Origin: a phage
DNA length: 62,283 bases
Sequence record: PZ793367.1
Reading direction: 5' to 3' (one strand)
Shown here: in pieces, positions 29,751-39,037 of the stretch
Layout: every line of letters begins with the position of its first letter
Numbering within the stretch: position 1 is the first letter of the stretch
Program-made: the position numbers and the translations under genes
Notes under the pieces: model-generated
What the model was told of the DNA's origin: nothing
The model's database searches: none
What the model saw: the letters and a program-made list of their open reading frames with translations, nothing else

Positions 29751-29936
29751 AATACTCGCTGCAATCTTCAGTTCGACAGGTACGCGATTGAGATCGCGGT
29801 GAATGCCTACATCCGGTGGTGCGGAAATACGTAGACCGACGTTACCATTCTCAGAGTTCTCTACCGTCACGACAATATCGTTACCGATGTAGACGCTCTG
29901 ACCTTCACGTCTGGTAATACGGAGTCCCTTAGCCAT
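29736..29936 (-). CDS. csrA: CsrA/RsmA-like RNA-binding regulator
   Basis: [48 protein letters not shown] aligns with E. coli CsrA [44 protein letters not shown]; GGAG RBS. Confidence 0.75.
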   Translation of the reverse strand: [66 protein letters not shown]

Positions 29937-30162
29937 TCTTCTCCGCCTTAGCTTTCTTAGCTTTGATGACGCGACTGATCGCCACCAGTAAAGTAATGAC
30001 ACCAGACACGACCGGGAGATATTCTTCCGGTACCACAGCCTGGAATAAATGCGGGGCAGTCTGCCACACTACTAATGCTGCATCAGGTACCGTGGTCAAC
30101 ACGGTAGTAACGGCGATACCGATAGTGATACCAGCGTCATGCAGCGCTTTGGATTTGTCCAT
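29929..30162 (-). CDS. putative holin
   Basis: 77 aa, two hydrophobic helices and Lys-rich C-terminus KAKKAKAEKNG; AAGGAG RBS; directly downstream of endolysin. Confidence 0.5.
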   Translation of the reverse strand: MDKSKALHDAGITIGIAVTTVLTTVPDAALVVWQTAPHLFQAVVPEEYLPVVSGVITLLVAISRVIKAKKAKAEKNG

Positions 30163-30218
30163 CTGTGAAGCTCCTTATATTGGCGTCCTTGCCAGGATTG
30201 ACGACCTCGACTGGCCGC

Positions 30219-30749
30219 TTAGATGTTCACGCGGTTGGCGACCCATCCATAAATGAATGAGCGATTTTTGGCGTTACTTTCGGTAAGCTCAATATACCGC
30301 ACACACTGTAGGCTGTTAAGCATTTTCAATAATACTTTCGTACCAGCGCTACCACGCAACCGCAGGAAATCGTCCAGGGCATTAATCGTACGTTTACCGA
30401 CCTTACCATCCACTACTAGGCCAGCGCCTGACGCGGCGTTGAGCGCACGCTGGAGGAATTTACCAGCCACCGCCGGACCCATGTTCACGCCAGTGTCTAC
30501 CACTTCAGCACCGATTGCTGAGTCGAGTTCCGCCACCACGTAGAATCCGGTGTTCACTACATAATCGTTGTAGTAAATCTCATACGCTGTAGATTGCGGC
30601 AAATCTTTCATGTGACCTTTGTACCCGGCGTTGCGAGCAACCTTCTCGGTAATTCCGTATTTGGTGGCACCGCCCGGATCATTCGGATGGTCCACGTATC
30701 CACCTTCGACCCGGATAATCTCTTCAATGATTTCGCGTACTGTACTCAT
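30219..30749 (-). CDS. endolysin (GH108-like N-acetylmuramidase with peptidoglycan-binding domain)
   Basis: EGGYVDHPNDPGGATKYGIT motif; AAAGGAG RBS. Confidence 0.8.
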   Translation of the reverse strand: MSTVREIIEEIIRVEGGYVDHPNDPGGATKYGITEKVARNAGYKGHMKDLPQSTAYEIYYNDYVVNTGFYVVAELDSAIGAEVVDTGVNMGPAVAGKFLQRALNAASGAGLVVDGKVGKRTINALDDFLRLRGSAGTKVLLKMLNSLQCVRYIELTESNAKNRSFIYGWVANRVNI

Positions 30750-31600
30750 AGCTTCGCTCCTTTCTCAGTTACGTATGGCTCGCAAACTTCAGCGAGGATG
30801 TCAAGATAACGACTGGCCTTGTCGTACTGCAACAGGATGTCGCCGCAGTCATCAAGCTCCTTGTCCTTGTCGTAAGGTACCACCATGTCGGTGTACCGGG
30901 TACACGCGAAGTAACCTTCGTCACCAGCGTACGAGAAGTTGGCCGCCTGCACATTCGGGAAGTCCTTCAGCGTGGAAAACACCTTGTCGTTACCTGACAG
31001 GTTGTCCATTTTGCGGAAGGTTGCCGTAGCTTTGAAAGCACCGTACAGGTCCAGGCTGTCGCCCAGTTCCAGAGGATGCTCATCTTCCCTGTCGATGTTC
31101 AGCGTAGCTCGTACCATTTGACAAAACGCCGTAGGCTGGAGATAACTTTCGATCGGCAGGCTGTTAAACGCCTGGCGTAAGAGTTGCGTAACCTTTTCAA
31201 CCACACGGGGAGAAGCGCCCACAAAAAGAGCATCTCGATCTGGATCATACGCCACCCAGCCGTAGTCGTTAGAAGGAAGTACATTCTCCCACATTTCTGC
31301 TTTAACTTGCTCATAGATAGCGTTGGCCTCATCACGGTTGAAGGTTTTATCTTTGGTGCGGCGAGCGAACTCAGCACGCAACCACTTGTCCGGTACCTTG
31401 CGTTTCTGGTACTGGAATTGCAGGAAGGTGATACCGTTGTGTACCCAGGTCATCTCATCCTGCATAGGGTTAGCCGCGATGAGGCCAATGCTTTCTTCGT
31501 TCCCGGCAGTGCACGGTTTGAAGTACGCATCCTCATTCGGCTTCGACAGGTCGAGTTCCTTCTCGACCGTGAACGCGGTGACTTTAAATTTTGCCGTCAT
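30746..31600 (-). CDS. hypothetical protein (weak RdgC-like resemblance)
   Basis: 284 aa; N-terminal FKVTAFT...YFKPC pattern loosely recalls RdgC; not verifiable by eye. Confidence 0.5.
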   Translation of the reverse strand: MTAKFKVTAFTVEKELDLSKPNEDAYFKPCTAGNEESIGLIAANPMQDEMTWVHNGITFLQFQYQKRKVPDKWLRAEFARRTKDKTFNRDEANAIYEQVKAEMWENVLPSNDYGWVAYDPDRDALFVGASPRVVEKVTQLLRQAFNSLPIESYLQPTAFCQMVRATLNIDREDEHPLELGDSLDLYGAFKATATFRKMDNLSGNDKVFSTLKDFPNVQAANFSYAGDEGYFACTRYTDMVVPYDKDKELDDCGDILLQYDKASRYLDILAEVCEPYVTEKGAKL

Positions 31601-32108
31601 GTTCTTCCCACCAGATTAATTTTTCCAGGCAGTCTTTCGCCTTGTTCAAATCCTTAATGCGGTCAGCCTTGTCGCCTTTCTTGCGCAGGTATTTGACCAC
31701 GCTGAACTCCAGACTGTTCAGGTTGTTCGCCATTGCATATTCGAAAGGCTGGATACCTTCCTTATAGTGCTGACCGCCCACCTGGTTGTCCCACGGATTG
31801 ACAGGCGTGTCTTTCAGCGGTACATGTTCGACCGCAGGATCAGCTTTGAATACAGCCGGACTAGCTTTCGCATAAGTACCCTTCGGGCAGAACACCACCG
31901 AATGTGGTCCACCACACTGCGAACATTCTTTAGCCGTGGTGATCGTGTGGTAATGTCGGTTAGAAAGGTTTGGTGACGTAACGTGCGGCGCGTTGGGTGT
32001 ATACGTGTGTTCATACACACCACTGACCGCAGGCTTCCACGGACATTCGTCAGCTTTGTGAAATGTACCGCAACCAGCACACCAACTTGTTAAAGTTTGA
32101 TTAGCCAT
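31584..32108 (-). CDS. zinc-finger protein with DUF3310-like C-terminal domain
   Basis: CAGCGTFHKADECPW and ECSQCGGPHSVVFCP cysteine pairs; C-terminal GGQHYKEG...KYLRKKGDKADRIKDLNKA. Confidence 0.4.
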   Translation of the reverse strand: MANQTLTSWCAGCGTFHKADECPWKPAVSGVYEHTYTPNAPHVTSPNLSNRHYHTITTAKECSQCGGPHSVVFCPKGTYAKASPAVFKADPAVEHVPLKDTPVNPWDNQVGGQHYKEGIQPFEYAMANNLNSLEFSVVKYLRKKGDKADRIKDLNKAKDCLEKLIWWEEHDGKI

Positions 32109-32530
32109 CAGAATTTCTTCCCATGTGCTTCAGCGCGAGCGCCAGGTTGATGGTCGGCACGCTTACGGTTGTAAGCAACCTTCTCAATGATGGCCCCGAT
32201 CACATCCAGGTTTTCGCTTTCGGCGATGTCGAGGATGCGGATGATTGCGTCGGCCAGTTCCACTTCCAGCATGGAGCGGTGAGGCAGGTGGTCATCCATC
32301 AGGTTCTTACGGGCACCTTCCATCGCTTCAGAGATCTCACTGTGCACCAGGCACAACAGAGTACCCATCTCACGCGGCTTATCCCACCAACCCATTTGAC
32401 GATTCTGACGGTGGATGCGACGTTGCAGGATAGCGAACGGGATACTGCGGTACAGTTCGGTGCTGGTTGATTCGCTACTTTCAACACCCATGATTGCCGG
32501 AATAGATTTACCGTTACTCATCTTTTTCAT
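32108..32530 (-). CDS. mazG: MazG-like nucleotide pyrophosphohydrolase
   Basis: all-alpha sequence with EMGTLLCLVHSEISEAMEG and EVELADAIIRILDIAE helices; ATG at 32530 with AAGGGGA RBS. Confidence 0.65.
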   Translation of the reverse strand: MKKMSNGKSIPAIMGVESSESTSTELYRSIPFAILQRRIHRQNRQMGWWDKPREMGTLLCLVHSEISEAMEGARKNLMDDHLPHRSMLEVELADAIIRILDIAESENLDVIGAIIEKVAYNRKRADHQPGARAEAHGKKF

Positions 32531-32648
32531 TCCCCTTTTTACGACCAATTTTCCCACTACACACAGGGCACTTTTCACCCCACCGTTTAGCACTGTAATG
32601 ACCGTGCTCGTCACACTTCCGTAAATCGTTAAGCCATAAGATAGCCAT
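32514..32648 (-). CDS. small zinc-ribbon protein (tentative)
   Basis: 44-aa ORF with CDEHGH...CPVCSG; overlaps mazG start. Confidence 0.3.
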   Translation of the reverse strand: MAILWLNDLRKCDEHGHYSAKRWGEKCPVCSGKIGRKKGNEKDE

Positions 32649-32707
32649 TTGTATTTTCCTAACTGGTTTACTTGACGGGGCTAATGTACCCCGCCAGTAA
32701 TTCACCG

Positions 32708-34873
32708 TCAAGTCTTTTTGTCGACAATTAATAATTTGCACGCTTCGAACACGTACCACAGATAGTTAACCTTGCTCCAGTCGAACTTGCTGAAGTCGCT
32801 ACAGTCGGCCACGGTCTGACCGGAACACATGTTGGCCTCGGTTACCAGACCCCACTGACTTTTGTTCTTCGTGTGGATGCGCTCGTCGTGCGGTACCCCG
32901 GCAGCGTCCAGCTTGAGGAACGGTGTCGCCGGATCAGCCAGCAGTTCAGCAATAACACTGTCGTAATACTGGTCAGTGATTTTGTTCTTACGCTTCCACG
33001 TTCCTGGCGTACCCTTCGGTGCCGTGCGCTTAACCAGACTGCCGCCGGACTGCGTGACGTAATACCGGATAGTGTTGGATAACTTCTCTTCGTGGCCGTC
33101 CGGGTAAACCAGATGCAACGACGAGTCACGGTTGACCTTGCCACGGATCATGAAGTCGAACTCGTCACGGTGGTTGATGATGAACGACGTCATGTCAGCA
33201 CCGTGGACCATGCGCGCTTCAACCGCCTTCTGCACCACCAGGGCCGAGTGATCTTTATGCCACTCACGTTTGTATTCATATGCGCCTTTACGCTTGTAGC
33301 GGCTGTCTGGCTTCTCAGGATTGTAGTAACCTTCGCTGTACTCAGCGATGTACGAGTTCACGTCACGGATAAAGAAGCGGTCATAGCGGTTCTCTTCCAG
33401 TTCCAGTTTGGTAACCTGCTCCCACCACACGCGCAGATTGTTGGCGTGCTCCAGGTACTGGTCCGGGCAATGGAAGGTGATACCGTCAGTGTTACACTGA
33501 ATCATCTGTAACCCCGGCACCTTCAGTAATTGCTCAACCAGCATACACAGAGAAAGCTGCCCGTTGATTGTGATCTTCATGGTGTACATCGGGTCATAGA
33601 ACACGCTGTATTCGTTGTTGCTGTTACCGTACGTACCGTTGAGGGCCAGCTTATACGCGCCACCCATCATTGTCTTTTTACCTACGCGGTTACGTTCGTT
33701 GAACAAGAACTCCGATACGTCACAGTAAACTTCCGACAGGTGCGCCGGGAAGATGCGGTTCTTGATTGACAGGTTCGGATAGTAACTTGCCACGTCCAGG
33801 TCGACGATGGTAAAGCCGTTACCGGTACGCACAATCTGGCGGTGTAGTGATGCGTGCAATCCCCCGGTACCGAAGTCATAGTTGAAACCGTCGATGCGAC
33901 AGTGCAAACTGACCGCTACAAACTTTGCCCCGGTCAGGTCGACATCAGCCGGGAGGTGCGCCAGGCGGCGCGGCTTCTTAACACCCTTCAGCCAGACCTT
34001 CACACGCTTCGGGTCCATCCACTTAACCATCTCAGGTGTACACCGGATGTCGGAGAACACACCCTTAGTTTCCTTGATTGTCTGCGCCATCAGATAGTTT
34101 TGCACCATCTGGAATGCCGGATGTTCCAGACGGATGTAAGGCAGGATGCACTCGGCCAGTACGATTTGTGAGCGCGGAGTCTGGCGCGGTACACGCTTGC
34201 CACCGAGTTTGCCGTAGCACTGTACCCCGGCTTTCTCCAGGGCGTGAATCAATACCTCACTGCCGATCTTCGTATCGTTCAGGTTCATGAAGTCCGACCC
34301 GTATTTCTCGGATAGTTCTTCACGGAACGCAATCATGTCATAGGACTTGATATAGAAGTCAGTGGTGGCATCAACGTCATGATCGTTGTACACCCACAGA
34401 ATATCTTTTTGTTCGTTGGTGAGATGGGTGCCAACCGGGAACGGCAGGTCTTCCACCTGCTTCATGCGCATGGCAATCTCAAGCGACTTCAGGCTGGTTG
34501 CCTTCGCCTTGTTGTCATAGTGGTGAATCTTCAGCAGGTCAATCTGCTTGACGAGGCGAGCGTCGGCCCACATCGGATAGGTGTTATCACCTTTGATGCG
34601 GGACATGGCCTTATTGTAGATACCCGCGACTGAACACCAGGGATTCTCATAGATCCACTGGACCACTTCCCAGTCGAACCACAGGTTGTTGAATCCCACC
34701 ATACGCTGATCGTTATTCCGCAGGTAGTTCAGGAAGTAGAACATCTTCTCCCGGTCATCGCGGCGGTCAGAGATTTCGTAGCGATAACGGTTACCTGTCG
34801 CAACGTGACGAGCACTGAAGGTAAACGTATTCGGGTACGTCTCTATGTCGTAGGTGTAATCGCGAGCATCCAT
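32708..34873 (-). CDS. DNA polymerase with 3'-5' exonuclease domain (family-B-like motifs)
   Basis: YDIETYPN (Exo I), DVASYYPNLS (motif A-like), KLALNGTYG (motif B-like), NTDGITF (motif C-like); AAGGA RBS. Confidence 0.75.
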   Translation of the reverse strand: MDARDYTYDIETYPNTFTFSARHVATGNRYRYEISDRRDDREKMFYFLNYLRNNDQRMVGFNNLWFDWEVVQWIYENPWCSVAGIYNKAMSRIKGDNTYPMWADARLVKQIDLLKIHHYDNKAKATSLKSLEIAMRMKQVEDLPFPVGTHLTNEQKDILWVYNDHDVDATTDFYIKSYDMIAFREELSEKYGSDFMNLNDTKIGSEVLIHALEKAGVQCYGKLGGKRVPRQTPRSQIVLAECILPYIRLEHPAFQMVQNYLMAQTIKETKGVFSDIRCTPEMVKWMDPKRVKVWLKGVKKPRRLAHLPADVDLTGAKFVAVSLHCRIDGFNYDFGTGGLHASLHRQIVRTGNGFTIVDLDVASYYPNLSIKNRIFPAHLSEVYCDVSEFLFNERNRVGKKTMMGGAYKLALNGTYGNSNNEYSVFYDPMYTMKITINGQLSLCMLVEQLLKVPGLQMIQCNTDGITFHCPDQYLEHANNLRVWWEQVTKLELEENRYDRFFIRDVNSYIAEYSEGYYNPEKPDSRYKRKGAYEYKREWHKDHSALVVQKAVEARMVHGADMTSFIINHRDEFDFMIRGKVNRDSSLHLVYPDGHEEKLSNTIRYYVTQSGGSLVKRTAPKGTPGTWKRKNKITDQYYDSVIAELLADPATPFLKLDAAGVPHDERIHTKNKSQWGLVTEANMCSGQTVADCSDFSKFDWSKVNYLWYVFEACKLLIVDKKT

Positions 34874-34882
34874 TTTAAGTCC

Positions 34883-35563
34883 TTACAGTTTCGGCAATGG
34901 TGGTAAACCTGGTGCACCCGGCAGCTTCGGTGGTAATGACGGCGCGCCCGGTAGCGGTGGCAACGATGGTGTCGCCAGTGACGGTGCGGCAGTCTTCAGG
35001 ATCTTCACGTTCGGACTGTCAACGTCATGCCCCAGCAGCTTCTTAGCTTTGTAGAAGAGTTCTTCCAGCATCATCAGACCTTTGTCCGGGCTATCGGTCA
35101 TCGTCGGGATACTGCGTTCTTGCTCAGCCACAAAACGGTTGGCCGCGTTGAGTGTCGAGCCATCAAAGTTGTGACCCTTCAGCATCAGTTGCTTCTTATC
35201 GTTCGTCACCGCGTACAGATAAGCGTAGTGGCTGACGTGTGACTCGTAGTGATTCTGCCAGATAGTAGCGTTGCACTGGTGCTGAGTCTGGCGACCGACG
35301 ATGCGGGAGGCCATCATATTGGCACCAATCAATTCGGCCCCGGAGTTTACCAGCGTCTGCACGTTGGAGTAAATGAACTTTTTGAAAACGTCATCACCGT
35401 AGTGGTCTGTAACTTTCTCCCAGTCCTGCAACACGTAATCGTAGCGGTGTTTCTCTTCACCGAAGATTGAGATGGACGCGGCGATAATGGGGGAACCTAA
35501 TGCAGAGTTGGCGGGGATGAGGTGTATTGCAGCGATTCGTTGTGCCATGATTTCGGATTCCAT
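34883..35563 (-). CDS. hypothetical protein with Pro-rich C-terminus
   Basis: 226 aa; C-terminal PSLPPLPGAPSLPPKLPGAPGLPPLPKL. Confidence 0.5.
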   Translation of the reverse strand: MESEIMAQRIAAIHLIPANSALGSPIIAASISIFGEEKHRYDYVLQDWEKVTDHYGDDVFKKFIYSNVQTLVNSGAELIGANMMASRIVGRQTQHQCNATIWQNHYESHVSHYAYLYAVTNDKKQLMLKGHNFDGSTLNAANRFVAEQERSIPTMTDSPDKGLMMLEELFYKAKKLLGHDVDSPNVKILKTAAPSLATPSLPPLPGAPSLPPKLPGAPGLPPLPKL

Positions 35564-35590
35564 AAAACGCCATCCGTGGCGTGGGGATTG

Positions 35591-35902
35591 TTACAGGCTG
35601 TTAAGCAGGTACGTCAGCTTGTCGCCCATTTCGTTCAACTTGACCGACAGATCGCGCGCTTGACGGTTCAGACTGACGAGACTTGTACCATCAGCTACAG
35701 GTTCTCCGACTGTCCCAGCCGTTGTCGGATTGTTGCCGAAGATACGACCGTACACAGCATCAAGCAGAGATTCGATACGGTCCTGACTCATAGAGATGTT
35801 ATTCAGATGATCCTGAAGTTCATCGGTCAAGGTCTGCTTGACTTTAGCTTGATCGTTGTATTGTGATTCTAAAGCAGCTTTCAATTCTTTCTCGTTGTAC
35901 AT
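35591..35902 (-). CDS. coiled-coil protein
   Basis: ATG at 35902 with GAGGAA RBS; upstream part of the 183-aa ORF overlaps neighbouring gene and is rejected. Confidence 0.5.
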   Translation of the reverse strand: MYNEKELKAALESQYNDQAKVKQTLTDELQDHLNNISMSQDRIESLLDAVYGRIFGNNPTTAGTVGEPVADGTSLVSLNRQARDLSVKLNEMGDKLTYLLNSL

Positions 35903-35923
35903 GGTGTTTTCCTCTTCAGTGTT

Positions 35924-35939
35924 GGCCCCTTGCGGGGCC
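35924..35939 (-). other. intergenic GC hairpin with GCAA tetraloop on the transcribed strand
   Basis: GGCCCC-TTGC-GGGGCC between two minus-strand genes. Confidence 0.4.
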
Positions 35940-35948
35940 GTGGGTTGG

Positions 35949-37025
35949 TTATGCGTTGTAAGGGTGTCCGCCAGGTGCAGCAGGTGCAGCCGGAGGTGCC
36001 ATTGGTGCAGCAGGTGCAGCCGGAGGTGCCATCGGTGCAGCAGGTGCAGCGGCTGCCGCAGGTTGCATCTTACCGTTAGCGACCAGTGCTTCTTCGGTCC
36101 AGCCGCTGGCGATGTACTGATCGTAAGTGTAATCAGTCGCAATCATGCGGCTCTGCGGCGTCGGTGCTACAGGCGCAGCAGGAGGTACAGCAGGAGCGGC
36201 GGCAGGTGCAGGAGCAGCAGGAGGCAGACCAGCACCCGGAACAGCCGGAGCAGCGGGAGTTGCCGGAGGCATACCAGCGCCGGGTAAACCAGGCATACCA
36301 GCCGGAGGCATACCAGCGCCAGGTAAACCAGGCATACCAGGTTGCGCACCCATCGCCGGAGTAGCGCCGCCAACAGGCATTGTGCTCATACCAGTCAGTG
36401 CTGCGGCAGGTGCCTGATTCAGAATGCTGGTGTAGTCAGGACCGCTCACGATCGGCGTACCGTAACCCACACGCTGAATCATGTGGAAGTTAATGTAGAT
36501 GCCGGACTGCGGTGGCGCTGAGTCGTTGCACTTGATAGAGCACAGCACGCGAACATAGTGGCCGCATGGGAAAGTGTGAGCGCCTTTAAGCTGTTGCACT
36601 TTCTTACCGTCAGGACCAATAGTGTCGTTGTACGGAGACGGTACAGCAGACTGATCAACGTCGAACACCTGTGGCTGGAAGCCGTTCTTGAATTTGATAA
36701 CCCAGCAACCTTTCCAGCCAGGCTTAGCTACGTTCTGCGGAGCGTCGCCATCTTCCATCTTCCAGTGGAAACCTACCCACTGAGTCGCCTGATATGACGC
36801 AGCGTATTTGTGAGTAGCCGCTACCTGTTGCATCAGTGCGTACAGTTCATCAAAGCGAGTGGCCGCTGGCTGGTCTTTCGGGAAGGCCACTGCGCAGAAA
36901 TATTCCTCACGACCGTTCTTCAGTTCAACACCCTGGAAGCCAGTGGTGTTAGCGCGGAACGGGTCGCCTGATACCAGGATGCCAGTACCAGTCAGGAATT
37001 GATCAGCAGAGTTTTGAATAGCCAT
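35949..37025 (-). CDS. putative single-stranded DNA-binding protein (DUF2815-like, tentative) with Pro/Ala/Met-rich tail
   Basis: Adjacent to Cas4-like nuclease as in known phage replication modules; N-terminal FRANTTGFQGVELKNGREEYFCAVAFPKD; GGAGAAG RBS. Confidence 0.4.
   Translation of the reverse strand: MAIQNSADQFLTGTGILVSGDPFRANTTGFQGVELKNGREEYFCAVAFPKDQPAATRFDELYALMQQVAATHKYAASYQATQWVGFHWKMEDGDAPQNVAKPGWKGCWVIKFKNGFQPQVFDVDQSAVPSPYNDTIGPDGKKVQQLKGAHTFPCGHYVRVLCSIKCNDSAPPQSGIYINFHMIQRVGYGTPIVSGPDYTSILNQAPAAALTGMSTMPVGGATPAMGAQPGMPGLPGAGMPPAGMPGLPGAGMPPATPAAPAVPGAGLPPAAPAPAAAPAVPPAAPVAPTPQSRMIATDYTYDQYIASGWTEEALVANGKMQPAAAAAPAAPMAPPAAPAAPMAPPAAPAAPGGHPYNA
35974..36060. repeat. 30-bp tandem repeat (about 2.9 copies) encoding MAPPAAPAAP units
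   Basis: ggtgcagcaggtgcagccggaggtgccat(t/c) repeated head to tail. Confidence 0.65.
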
Positions 37026-37028
37026 TAA

Positions 37029-38204
37029 TTACTTCTCCAGTTTTGTAATAGGTTGATTCAACGCAATCATCATTGGGCTTTGTTCCGGGGTACCAGCTTC
37101 TTCGATACCACGTAGCGCCAACGTTTCAGTTTTCGGTTCGCTCAGCATCTTAGCCACGGCGTCACCGTACGTCTTCCTTATTTCTGACAGCGCCCCAATC
37201 TTACGCGGTGCTATCTTGTCCATGTCTGGTTCCATCCCGGTCACCAGCTTAATTGCTTTGGCCGCTTCCTCGACCGTCAAACTTTTCTTAGGCGCTTCCC
37301 TGGATTTTACTTTGACCATTTTCAGGTCTTTCATCACCGTGCCTTGACGCGCTAACTGTAATCCCCACTGGTATGCCCCGTCAATAAAATTCTTCACCAA
37401 TTTTGATTGTTTGATGATTTTCTGAACTTCTTCCGAGGATAACAGGTTCGGATTAAACTTCACTGGCTCAGCCATGCTCATGACATACTCAGCATTGGCG
37501 CGGCACCGACCGATAGCTTCACACCAGATACAGTGTGGACCAGCGGTTGCTACCTGGATTTCGTTGCTGTGATTAGCGGCTTGATATTCTGCCGCCACAC
37601 CTGCAAATAACTCCAGTTCAGCACGCGTATACGTGGCTGTACGTATTGCTCCAGTTGCACCGAGGCAACGCGGCTGGATGATTTCAAAGCGCACTTCCTC
37701 CACGTTCGGGTAACGAAGAACAATGTCGAGTGCATAGCACATTAACTGACGGTTATCGTTGGCCGATACAAACGTGCGACCGAACTTCAGGTCTGCCACG
37801 ATAGCCCAGTTGCTGGCAATAGCAATCGCATGTAAATCTCGCGTGCCGAAGAAGCCCGGATGGATGTGCGTCAGGTCGACGCGATACTCGCTCTTAATAT
37901 CAACAGCGACACCCAAAGCGTTACACATATCCACTAACTGCTTGACGCGGCCAGTGTACACGTTGCAAAACTCTGCCATCTCTTCCGTGCACTCTATCCC
38001 TGTGCGGTCATAGACTTGTCCAACGAATTGACGAACATCGTAATGACCGCACTTGATTGCTTCTTCTGAAAAGTGGTGAGCCGTAGTCCCTTCCTGGGCC
38101 GCGTACCCGGATTCTTCTTCCGGGCAGTTGCGGCGCATCTGGAGATAGGCTTTACAGTTCGACCACAATTCGGCACTCGATGGTCCGGTTATAAAGTGTT
38201 CCAT
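37029..38204 (-). CDS. Cas4/RecB-like PD-(D/E)xK nuclease (DUF2800-like)
   Basis: DLKFGR...QLMCYA nuclease core and C-terminal Cys cluster CIWCEAIGRC; AAGGGGA RBS. Confidence 0.65.
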   Translation of the reverse strand: MEHFITGPSSAELWSNCKAYLQMRRNCPEEESGYAAQEGTTAHHFSEEAIKCGHYDVRQFVGQVYDRTGIECTEEMAEFCNVYTGRVKQLVDMCNALGVAVDIKSEYRVDLTHIHPGFFGTRDLHAIAIASNWAIVADLKFGRTFVSANDNRQLMCYALDIVLRYPNVEEVRFEIIQPRCLGATGAIRTATYTRAELELFAGVAAEYQAANHSNEIQVATAGPHCIWCEAIGRCRANAEYVMSMAEPVKFNPNLLSSEEVQKIIKQSKLVKNFIDGAYQWGLQLARQGTVMKDLKMVKVKSREAPKKSLTVEEAAKAIKLVTGMEPDMDKIAPRKIGALSEIRKTYGDAVAKMLSEPKTETLALRGIEEAGTPEQSPMMIALNQPITKLEK

Positions 38205-38216
38205 CGAGTGGTCCCC

Positions 38217-38984
38217 TTAGATAACTGACTGGCTGCGCAGGAAGTCATCGTTGGTGGCGTACTGCCAGAAGGTAAATTTGTAGCCGGACTGGATGTCTTT
38301 CGCAGTCTTACCACCAGTTACCCCGAACAGGCCGTACAGTTTTTCCAGTGCATCAGCACCATGCTTGTGGGCCAGCGCCGCAGCCGTCTGTTCCATCGCT
38401 TCGTCGGTAGCGCCGGACTCGTCAGCGATTGCCGGGAAGTCGATCGCTACAGGTGCCTGCGGTGCCAGCGGCGGCAGACCTACGCCAGCCAGCGGCGGTA
38501 AACCAGGCTGCGGTGCAACAGGTGCTTGCGGTGCTTCAACAGCAGGTACCACTGGAGCATCCATTCCGGCTTCAATTTCGGCAGCGTAATCTTCACGCTC
38601 TTTCTGACCACGCAGTTCAGCTTCAACCTGCGGTACCAGCACTTCACGATCAACACCACGCAGATATTTCCAGGTGCCGTCAGCATTGAAGGTCTTAGCC
38701 GCAGAGTGGATACGGGAGTCCCACGGTAGACCGTTCTTATCCAGCGTGGTAGCATCCGTTTCCTGGCCGATTGACTGTGCTACTTCTTCAGCCACTTCGT
38801 CAACCGCATCAGCGAAAGACTGTTGGTTACCAGCGGTACCGACCGGAGTCAGACCTTTCGCTACAGCGCCACCGAATACTGACAGCAGGTCTTCTTCCAG
38901 CTTGTTGTAAACTGTGCTCGGCAGAGTGTTAGCACGAATCAGTTCAACGATCAGGCTGTATTTTTGTTCGATAGTAAAAGTCAT
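38217..38984 (-). CDS. hypothetical protein with Pro/Ala-rich linker
   Basis: 255-aa ORF, TGGAG RBS, first gene of leftward replication operon. Confidence 0.5.
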   Translation of the reverse strand: MTFTIEQKYSLIVELIRANTLPSTVYNKLEEDLLSVFGGAVAKGLTPVGTAGNQQSFADAVDEVAEEVAQSIGQETDATTLDKNGLPWDSRIHSAAKTFNADGTWKYLRGVDREVLVPQVEAELRGQKEREDYAAEIEAGMDAPVVPAVEAPQAPVAPQPGLPPLAGVGLPPLAPQAPVAIDFPAIADESGATDEAMEQTAAALAHKHGADALEKLYGLFGVTGGKTAKDIQSGYKFTFWQYATNDDFLRSQSVI

Positions 38985-39037
38985 GTTGTATTGCTCCAGG
39001 TTGATTAAAGTTTTGTTGTGTCGTGTTGACGGAATGA

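Noticed and set aside
35591-36142. 183-aa version of the coiled-coil ORF with an N-terminal extension rich in HLLH repeats.
   Set aside because: The extension is the reverse-frame read of the 30-bp repeat inside the neighbouring SSB-like gene; the internal ATG at 35902 has a proper RBS.
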